12,050 nucleotides of DNA, taken from Bdellovibrionia bacterium (lineage in GTDB: Bacteria > Bdellovibrionota > UBA1018). How positions within the stretch are numbered: position 1 is the stretch's first letter; the number at the start of each line of letters is the position of its first letter. The stretch is taken from the NCBI GenBank assembly GCA_045805065.1, contig JBJMMA010000250.1:1-12050 (forward strand), read 5' to 3'. The notes under the pieces were generated by a model. The model made no database searches and was not told the origin of the DNA. It saw only the letters and a program-made list of their open reading frames with translations. The translations under genes and the position numbers were made by a program. Shown here piece after piece: positions 1 through 6,473 of the stretch.

Positions 1-1187
1 GAAACCGAAGTCTCCTGGCTGATCTTTTTCAGAGTTTCTGGCGAAGTGTTTGCCCTGTCAGTTTTTCCGGAGCGCTTCAGCCACGACTTCCACACCGTCC
101 GGATGTCGTCCGCATCGGGATATTTTCCGGCCGTAAAATAGGTCTGTAGATTTTGATCCTTCTTCTGGAAAAGCAGGATGCATCGCGCCTCGTCTCCGTC
201 GCGGCCAGCGCGACCTGCTTCTTGATAGTAGGAATCCAGGGAAGAGGGCAGGTGATAGTGGATGACAAAGCGGATATCCGATTTGTCGATACCCATTCCA
301 AAGGCATTGGTTGCGACCATGATCCTGGCTTGGCCACTCATGAAACGATCCTGCGCTTCTGTTCGATCAGATGTTTTCATTCTCCCATGATAGTGGGCCA
401 CTGAAATCTGTTGCTCTTCAAGCCAGTGGGCAAGCTCTTCAGTTACACGAGTTGTGGCGGAATAGATGATGCCTGGGCCTTTGATCTCCTGAATGAGCCG
501 CAAGATCTCACCGCGTTTAGTTTCTTCTTTATCGACTGCAATCACCTCAAGCTCCAAGTTTGGGCGATAAATCTGCGCGAGGAAAATATCCAGATGATCG
601 AGATCCAATTGGTTTCGGATATCCTCAACAACCTTAGGTGTTGCTGTCGCGGTGAGTGCGAGGACTGGAGGAGATCCCAGCGTTTTCAGTACCGACTTCA
701 AAGAGAGATACGCAGGCCTGAAGTCATGCCCCCACTGAGAGATGCAGTGTGCCTCATCCACAACAAAGAGATTGATGCGGTTTGATTTGAGCGAGTCCAG
801 AAAGTCAGGATCATTCAGACGCTCTGGCGTCGTGAAGATGAAATCAGACGTATGATCCTCAATATTCTCCAAGGCCTGCTTTTTTTCGCCAGGACTCAGT
901 GAGCTATCAACCCGCTCCGCATCCAGGCCCAGGGTTTCAAGCTTTTCGGCCTGATCTTTCATCAGAGCAATCAGAGGAGAGACAATCACTGTGCTTCCTT
1001 TAAGCTTGAGTCCTGGCAATTGATAGCAAAGGGACTTGCCTCCGCCTGTAGGTAGAATTGCCAGCGTGTTGCGACCGGCTAGAATCGACCGAATGACTTC
1101 CTGCTGGGCGGGCCGCAGTCTCTCGAGACCAAAGGTATCTTTTAATGTGCTTTTGAGAGACTCAAGACTTGGGACGCGCTGACTCAT
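1..1187 (-). CDS. recQ: RecQ-family ATP-dependent DNA helicase (3' end outside the window)
   Basis: Absent from the ORF track because there is no stop in the window. Manual translation from the ATG at 1187 gives MSQRVPSLESLKSTLKDTFGLERLRPAQQEVI..LAILPTGGGKSLCYQLPG..VIVSPLIALM..LFVVDEAHCISQWGHDFRPAYL..YYQEAGRAGRDG. These are the RecQ motifs 0, I, Ia, II plus aromatic loop, and VI. The same frame is open at base 1. Confidence 0.95.
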   Translation of the reverse strand, partial: MSQRVPSLESLKSTLKDTFGLERLRPAQQEVIRSILAGRNTLAILPTGGGKSLCYQLPGLKLKGSTVIVSPLIALMKDQAEKLETLGLDAERVDSSLSPGEKKQALENIEDHTSDFIFTTPERLNDPDFLDSLKSNRINLFVVDEAHCISQWGHDFRPAYLSLKSVLKTLGSPPVLALTATATPKVVEDIRNQLDLDHLDIFLAQIYRPNLELEVIAVDKEETKRGEILRLIQEIKGPGIIYSATTRVTEELAHWLEEQQISVAHYHGRMKTSDRTEAQDRFMSGQARIMVATNAFGMGIDKSDIRFVIHYHLPSSLDSYYQEAGRAGRDGDEARCILLFQKKDQNLQTYFTAGKYPDADDIRTVWKSWLKRSGKTDRANTSPETLKKISQETSV

Positions 1188-1423
1188 GATGCGGCAGGCT
1201 TCAATTTACGTACCGCAGTAAAGCTAGGTGTCGTGCTTGGGCTATTGAGTCATCAGGAAAGATAATATCCTCTGATCATATCTAATTAGTTTCTTTTAAT
1301 AAGCGAACGGTCTAAAAGCTCTCTGAGCGGAAAACGCTCCATTTGACGCCAGTGCTCGTACATATCAAGAAATGAAAAGTTTAATCCAACGTTGCTCTCA
1401 ACGTTATTCAAGAGATGGTGATC

Positions 1424-1837
1424 ATGAAAAAGATGATTTTTGCTTTAGCGGTCCTTTTGGCTTCCACTTCTTCCTTTGCGGCGGTGATCGCAGATGGAAT
1501 GTATCCAACCATGAGCTGTCGCGTTCCAGGCATGGCAGATGGCGGATATAGCGTCATCGTTTCTGTAGGCGGCATTGCGCATCTGACCAATGCAAAGCTT
1601 GTCCAAGACACGATCCGCGGCGGAGTCCTTGTTGGAAATTATACGGTGATGCTGTCCAAGACCCCTGCTCAAGATCTCGTTTATGCGGACATGAGCTCCC
1701 GCGGTCAGGAATTTCAGCTCATCATTCACGGCACGCCAAAGATCGGCGCTCCAGCTCCAGCGATTCTTCGCTCCAATTCGAAAGCCGGAAGATTCGTGGA
1801 GAAGCTGGCCTGCATGCCAATGCTGATGAGTCGCTAA
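1424..1837 (+). CDS. Small secreted hypothetical protein (Sec signal peptide, two Cys)
   Basis: MKKMIFALAVLLASTSSFA/AV is a classic signal peptide. GGTGA lies just upstream of ATG 1424 (alternative ATG at 1415). There is one Cys near each end of the mature chain (MSCRV, LACMP), and a terminator follows. Confidence 0.8.
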   Translation: MKKMIFALAVLLASTSSFAAVIADGMYPTMSCRVPGMADGGYSVIVSVGGIAHLTNAKLVQDTIRGGVLVGNYTVMLSKTPAQDLVYADMSSRGQEFQLIIHGTPKIGAPAPAILRSNSKAGRFVEKLACMPMLMSR

Positions 1838-1877
1838 TCCGCCAACAGCGCTTCTAGTATCAGTATTTAAATATCGG

Positions 1878-1911
1878 AAAGGGGTAAGCTCAATCGGGCT
1901 TGCCCCTTTTT
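1878..1911 (+). terminator. Rho-independent terminator
   Basis: AAAGGGGTAAGC-TCAATCGG-GCTTGCCCCTTTTT: a GC-rich stem with one G-U pair and a T-run, 40 nt after the stop at 1837. Confidence 0.85.
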
Positions 1912-1960
1912 GCATTTATATCGCTTAAGTATTGAATAATACGGGTGAATCTTAAAATAG

Positions 1961-1989
1961 TTGAGTAATTTGGTATATCAATGTATAAA
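1961..1989 (+). promoter_or_regulatory. Putative sigma70-type promoter for the transglutaminase-like gene
   Basis: TTGAGT (1961-1966), 17-nt spacer, TATAAA (1984-1989) in AT-rich intergenic DNA downstream of the terminator. Confidence 0.45.
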
Positions 1990-2061
1990 TGGGCCCGCTG
2001 AATGGCCTAAATTCAGCCACGAAGTCCTATTGTTGAAGTAGTTATTGTGGAGGTGGTTGCT

Positions 2062-2979
2062 GTGAAGACGCATCAATGGCTTGGAATTCTCTCCCTTTCG
2101 CTCGGTTTGGGCAGTGCGCCTTCTTTTGCCGTAACCGAGGTTGTGCCTTCCATTGCGGTGACACACGATAGTTCCTTTCAGCTTCCAGGCACGGTCCCAT
2201 CCAATGCGCGCTGGCTCGCGGTGGCTGCGTCCAAGGAGGGCAAGGAAGTGCTCTACAGTTACATTTCTGCGGCACCTGGTGCGCCATTGCCTACGATTTA
2301 TCTGTCCGATGGTCCAGGCGTATACACTGTTACAGTTTATCAATCAGATGGAGTCCGGGTGACAGATAAGGCCATCACGTCTTTCAAGAAACTTCAGGTC
2401 AGAAACGACGATACGCAAGACCACCAGTATCTGCTTCCATCACTCCAGGTTCAAAGTGATGCGCCGGAGATCGTCGAGCTTGCACAAAAACTCACGCGCG
2501 GTAAGGCGAGTGATTATGAGAAGGCCAGGGCAATTCATGATTGGGTTGCCTCCACGCTCTCCTATGACGAAGATGGCGTCCTAGATAAAAGCTATACGTC
2601 TCGCTCATTGGATGCATTGACGGCGCTACAGTCCAAGGTCACGGTCTGCGAGGGTTATTCGGCTCTCTATGCAGCGATCGCACGCGCAGCAGGGATTCGT
2701 ACCCGCATTGTAACCGGAAAGGCGTACCCAAGGCGTAATGCGCCTGCAGGCGCTTCTGACGAGCAGATTTGCCAGGCGAACACGCCCGGCCATGGCTGGA
2801 ATGAGGTCTTCGTGAATAATCGCTGGATCTCCGTCGATACGACGTTTGATTCAGGATATTCTTCGGGTCGCACAAACGCTGACTTCGTTCACTTTGAGCC
2901 CAAAGAATACAGACACTTCGATGGTAACGTTTCTGATTTCGCAGAAACGCATCTCCGCTGTGAAGTCATGGGTATTTAA
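2062..2979 (+). CDS. Secreted transglutaminase-like (papain-fold Cys-His-Asp) domain protein
   Basis: SD GGAGGT (2049-2054) sits 7 nt before GTG 2062, and a signal peptide ends near SAPSFA. Core motifs are YEKARAIHDWV, VCEGYSALYAAIARAAGIRTRIVTG and GHGWNEVFVNNRWISVDTTFDSG, with the full C/H/D triad. Confidence 0.9.
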   Translation: MKTHQWLGILSLSLGLGSAPSFAVTEVVPSIAVTHDSSFQLPGTVPSNARWLAVAASKEGKEVLYSYISAAPGAPLPTIYLSDGPGVYTVTVYQSDGVRVTDKAITSFKKLQVRNDDTQDHQYLLPSLQVQSDAPEIVELAQKLTRGKASDYEKARAIHDWVASTLSYDEDGVLDKSYTSRSLDALTALQSKVTVCEGYSALYAAIARAAGIRTRIVTGKAYPRRNAPAGASDEQICQANTPGHGWNEVFVNNRWISVDTTFDSGYSSGRTNADFVHFEPKEYRHFDGNVSDFAETHLRCEVMGI

Positions 2980-4268
2980 TTGTGCTTGGTCGCAGTGGCC
3001 GACGAAGGTGTCGCTCCCGACCAGTCCGAAAGCGTGCGCTTGGCTGGATCGGAGAGAAGCCTTGGCATCACATGCGAGTAGCGATACGCCACGCGCTCAA
3101 AAAGGCTCACGGTTGGATCTTCAGCAGTGACAGACGCTAGGTTGCGCCCAGAGCCGCTGAACTTCACTTCGCTCACGCCTGATTTTTTTCCGTCTTCAGC
3201 TTTTGGCATGAGCTTGCCCATGAGGCCATTCATCATATTGGCAAGATCATCATCGCCTGATGCGCCTTTGCCATGTCCTGCGGCCGCGTAGGCAGCGGAG
3301 TTCTGGGCATTTAAATCCGGAATCGCCTGCTCAACGGTAGCGATCGCTTTGCCGAGTCTGACTGAGCCGTCTTCACCGAGAGCAGCGCCTCCGGCTGCCT
3401 TGATGGCGTCGCTTGCGCTCAGGTTGCCGCCGTTTTTCAGATAGTCATCGAGTTTCATGCCTGAGGATTGTTCAAAGGCTTTTTGGAATTCAGGAGAGGC
3501 CACCAGGCCTGCGACTTTTGGATCCGCAGTAGCAGCGCAGGCTACTGCGCCGCCCACGCTTCCCGTGTCGGCACAGCTCGTTGATGGATCTGTGCTCGAG
3601 CCTCCGCTGATTTGAGCAGTCGTCGGAGTGCCGGAGGTCGATCCGCCGTTGGTTGCCGTGCTTGGTATGCTGATGCTTGGGCTACCGAAGGTTAATCCGC
3701 CTGTATTTGAGTCATTCACGTTTTTGGCAGAAGTAATATTGCTGCTGGCCGTCTTGTCGTCATTCGACTTACTCATTCCGTGCATGACGGAGTTCAGAGC
3801 TGCACCAGCGGCAGTCGCCCAGCATGCAAACTTTGCAGTGGTACTTTTGGCAGCAGTGGAGCCGCTGTCCGCCAGCAGCATGTTAAGTCCAGCCGATCCT
3901 GCAGCCATCGCTGCGCTCATGAAATTTTTAGTAAGGATGACGTCAGCTGCAGCCGCACCCAAGGATGCGCCTTCGCAGATATATGCGGTGGTGAGCATGC
4001 CTGCGCAGGTTGCGGCACAAGTGCCTGCAACAGCTCCGTAGATGAGGGTTAGAGTCGCTTCCTTTTTGGAAGCATCTTTTGCCTGCTTGGCAGCTGCGCA
4101 ATAAGAGGCTTTCTGGCCAGTAGGAGACTGCGTGCCGCTGCAAACCTCAGAGTACTCGTCGGCGTGCGCGACAGAGAGAGTTGCAAACGAGACGCTCAGT
4201 GCCAGCGCCGTTGCCAGAGACTTTGAAGTTGAAGCCGCGAAAGTTCGCTTAAGATTGTGAGCTTTCAT
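2976..4268 (-). CDS. Secreted Ala/Gly/Ser-rich hypothetical protein (430 aa, 8 Cys, hydrophobic helices)
   Basis: Long ORF with SD GGGGGA upstream and a signal peptide ending SVAHA/D. It has Ala/Gly-rich hydrophobic segments, an S/T/G linker, and C-terminal GSGRNLAS...SLFERVAYRY. Confidence 0.85.
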   Translation of the reverse strand: MKAHNLKRTFAASTSKSLATALALSVSFATLSVAHADEYSEVCSGTQSPTGQKASYCAAAKQAKDASKKEATLTLIYGAVAGTCAATCAGMLTTAYICEGASLGAAAADVILTKNFMSAAMAAGSAGLNMLLADSGSTAAKSTTAKFACWATAAGAALNSVMHGMSKSNDDKTASSNITSAKNVNDSNTGGLTFGSPSISIPSTATNGGSTSGTPTTAQISGGSSTDPSTSCADTGSVGGAVACAATADPKVAGLVASPEFQKAFEQSSGMKLDDYLKNGGNLSASDAIKAAGGAALGEDGSVRLGKAIATVEQAIPDLNAQNSAAYAAAGHGKGASGDDDLANMMNGLMGKLMPKAEDGKKSGVSEVKFSGSGRNLASVTAEDPTVSLFERVAYRYSHVMPRLLSDPAKRTLSDWSGATPSSATATKHN

Positions 4269-4313
4269 ATTATTTTCCCCCGAGAAAAAGTTTCCCTAAA
4301 AAGCCGGAACTCA

Positions 4314-5771
4314 TCAGCTACCGAGATCGCTCTTCAAATCACCGCTCTTGAGTTTTGCGGTCGTGCGATCGGAGATGCGTTGGAAGATGTTCACGTCTTT
4401 ACCTAAGAAAGAGTAGGGTGCCATGCTGGCAGGAGAGCGGCCTCCGCCGTAATCAAGGATTCCGTTTTTGCCCATCTCTTCTTGTGGCTTAGGAAGAAGG
4501 TTTGCCAAGAAGCCAAGGTCAGCGCTCTTCTCAGCGCTTACACCACCGGCTGCTGCATAACCCCCTGCCTGGCCATAAGTCGTGTTGGCTTTGTTTTCAG
4601 CCATTCTTGGTCCAGTTTGTTCCTGATCTGCTTTGGCAGGAGACATGCTTCCAACGCCAATGCCTGGATTTCCACCGCCGCCAGCGCCGCCCTTGGCATT
4701 TCCAGCTTGGAATGCTCCAGCCGCAGGACCTGCGCCTGGGCCACCTGCAACAGCGTCTGGGTTGATGGGAGGCGAGATGCTTGGGACATCGCCCTTGTTG
4801 ATGTTTCCATCGTTGGTTGCAACGGCAGGATCGGTTGACGTTCCTGGGTTGACGGAAGTCGTGCTCGTCGGATTCAACGCGCTGGTATCCGGATTGGTTG
4901 AAGTGAGCTGATAGCTGCTTCCCGTAGTATCGGAAAGTTTTCCAGCCAACTCTTTGGCTTGATTTGCAGCGCCGATAGCAAGTGCGCCTGAAATGGTTTG
5001 TTGTACACCTCTGATGACGGATAACACGCCCGAGTGCATGGCATCTTTTTCAACTTTTTGTTGCTCAGCCATTGCCTCCTCGTAATTGAGCTTAGGTGCA
5101 CCATTTACAGGAGTCGCATCGGCACCCTGTTTTTCTGAAATGGCTTGGCCATTGCCTTTGTGTTGTCTTGAAAGCTTGATCTGGTAGGCACCCATGGCGG
5201 CGTTCGCGATACCCACCGTAGTTTGAAGCATGCCGGCATTTTGCTGCTGATTGGCTGCAGCTTCCATGACTGCTGATTGCGTGCCGGCACTCTGGGCTCT
5301 CATGTTTGCGACTTGTCCAGACCCATTGACGAACGCGCTTCCTGCCGCCTGCGAAAGCGTATTGGTCAATTCTGCTTTCTCAATGAAGTTGTAAGTCGTG
5401 TCGCACTCGTAGGTCCCGCTGATGGCCTCGGAGTTTTTGCATTGTCCTTTGCCGGACTTTTTAGATCCATTGCCTTGTGTGGATTTAGCTCCGTTCTGGC
5501 CGGAGCCGTTTGAATTTGCGGTGTTGACGCGATCAACGACATCGGTAGCTTGATTTATCGTTGGTTGGACTACCTGTTGTCCGTCGGAGACATCGGGATT
5601 CGAAAATACTGAGGTCGCATTTGGAGGAAGGGTCGATCCGTTCGAATCGCTACTGCCTGCAAGCGCCGGATGCGCAATCAAGGATGCAATCGCCGAAAGA
5701 GTCGCGATGGTGGTGAGGCGAGCCTTAGGCCGAGCAATGAGCTGAGAATGAAACGTTTTTAGCTTCGCCAT
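4314..5771 (-). CDS. Secreted Ala/Gly/Asn/Gln-rich hypothetical protein (485 aa), related at its C-terminus to the downstream gene
   Basis: ATG 5771 is preceded by SD GGGGGA and is preferred over the ORF-track start at 5864. The signal peptide ends HPALA/G. There is a C-x11-C pair, Gly-rich linkers, C-terminal GGGRSPAS...NIFQRISDR and tandem TGA TGA stops. Confidence 0.85.
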   Translation of the reverse strand: MAKLKTFHSQLIARPKARLTTIATLSAIASLIAHPALAGSSDSNGSTLPPNATSVFSNPDVSDGQQVVQPTINQATDVVDRVNTANSNGSGQNGAKSTQGNGSKKSGKGQCKNSEAISGTYECDTTYNFIEKAELTNTLSQAAGSAFVNGSGQVANMRAQSAGTQSAVMEAAANQQQNAGMLQTTVGIANAAMGAYQIKLSRQHKGNGQAISEKQGADATPVNGAPKLNYEEAMAEQQKVEKDAMHSGVLSVIRGVQQTISGALAIGAANQAKELAGKLSDTTGSSYQLTSTNPDTSALNPTSTTSVNPGTSTDPAVATNDGNINKGDVPSISPPINPDAVAGGPGAGPAAGAFQAGNAKGGAGGGGNPGIGVGSMSPAKADQEQTGPRMAENKANTTYGQAGGYAAAGGVSAEKSADLGFLANLLPKPQEEMGKNGILDYGGGRSPASMAPYSFLGKDVNIFQRISDRTTAKLKSGDLKSDLGS

Positions 5772-5984
5772 ATTTCCCCCTGACTTTGTGTCAGACCAAA
5801 GTAGATACCCCGAAATAACTTGACAGTACTTATCAAGTTTGAAGGTTCTGACATAATAAGTCAACTTTTAGTTGAGTCGACAAAAACCTGAAAAACCCTG
5901 CAGTTATGGTGTAAGGTTCAAAGCGGTTTATAAGAAAAAGCGCGAATTTCTACGCTTTATACCTGTGTCGACTGAGACACTCCG

Positions 5985-6027
5985 GGGACAGGTTCGGCCC
6001 AAGTGCGGGACGAGTTCGGCCCAAGTG
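5985..6027. repeat. Tandem direct repeat, 2 x 21 bp with 22-bp period
   Basis: GGGACAGGTTCGGCCCAAGTG (5985-6005) and GGGACGAGTTCGGCCCAAGTG (6007-6027) are 19/21 identical and share the exact 14-mer GTTCGGCCCAAGTG. Confidence 0.9.
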
Positions 6028-6110
6028 AATGACACGCGATGGATTGTTTTTTCAGAGCGCTCGGAACAAAAATCGGTCACACTAGTAAGCTTAGGGAGAG
6101 GAAAACTTTA

Positions 6111-6473
6111 ATGTCCGATGTAGCACCGAAAAACGGTGAATTTCTTGAAGGTAGACTTTGGTTTCATCGCAAGGGCTCAGTGGTCACCCTGGGAGTGACG
6201 AGTCTTGCGATCGAGCAAATTGGCGAAGTGGCCAGCGTCGAGTTTCCTGATGAGGGAACGGACTTTCAGAAGGGCGAAGTTTTGCTCACGGTCGATGGCT
6301 CCTTGGGCAAGCTGGAGGTCATGACTCCAGCCTCTGGAATTGTCCAGGAAGTGAACGAAGCTGCGAAAGACGAACCCGATATGGTTTCAGAGGATCCGCT
6401 TGAAGAAGGATGGCTCGTTAAGCTCGAAATCGAAGACACGTCGGAACTCAAAGAGCTCATCAGCGAAAGCTGA
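6111..6473 (+). CDS. Glycine cleavage H-protein-like (GcvH fold) protein lacking the canonical lipoyl-lysine
   Basis: SD GGAGAGG precedes ATG 6111; 120 aa. W..KGSVVTLGVT..AIEQIGEV..VEFP..G..F.KGE..P.SG.V.EVNE...DEP..V.EDP..EGWLVKL matches the GcvH pattern throughout, but the ESVKA loop reads DGSLG. Confidence 0.88.
   Translation: MSDVAPKNGEFLEGRLWFHRKGSVVTLGVTSLAIEQIGEVASVEFPDEGTDFQKGEVLLTVDGSLGKLEVMTPASGIVQEVNEAAKDEPDMVSEDPLEEGWLVKLEIEDTSELKELISES

Noticed and set aside
77..785. ORF-track ORFs 77..337, 153..404 and 411..785
   Set aside because: They are antisense or out-of-frame shadows of the recQ gene.
3628..4911. Plus-strand ORFs opposite the secreted pair
   Set aside because: They are antisense readouts of low-complexity Ala/Gly codons with no independent support.
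5820..5836. TTGACA as a -35 box, or TTGA..TCAA as an FNR/CRP site
   Set aside because: There is no -10 box at 16-18 nt, and the dyad spacing does not match TTGAT-N4-ATCAA.
5772..5864. N-terminal extension of the 516-aa ORF to 5864
   Set aside because: ATG 5771 has a good SD and places the signal peptide at the N-terminus. The extension runs through the dyad-rich regulatory region.
5985..6027. Mini CRISPR array
   Set aside because: There are only two units separated by 1 nt, with no spacers and no cas genes.
6070..6095. Sigma28-like promoter on the minus strand (TAAG...CCGAT)
   Set aside because: The spacing is about 3 nt too short for the TAAA-N15-GCCGATAA consensus.
5940..6110. Glycine riboswitch upstream of the GcvH-like gene (a tandem repeat precedes a gcv-like gene)
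   Set aside because: The repeat units are only 21 nt, and the aptamer hallmarks (GGAGA...CCGAAG...CTCAGG in order) are not present. The only GGAGAG is the RBS. An Rfam scan would settle it.
5872..6111. 79-aa ORF and the 6039 start for the GcvH-like gene
   Set aside because: Neither has a convincing SD or recognisable sequence. GcvH similarity and the SD both point to ATG 6111.
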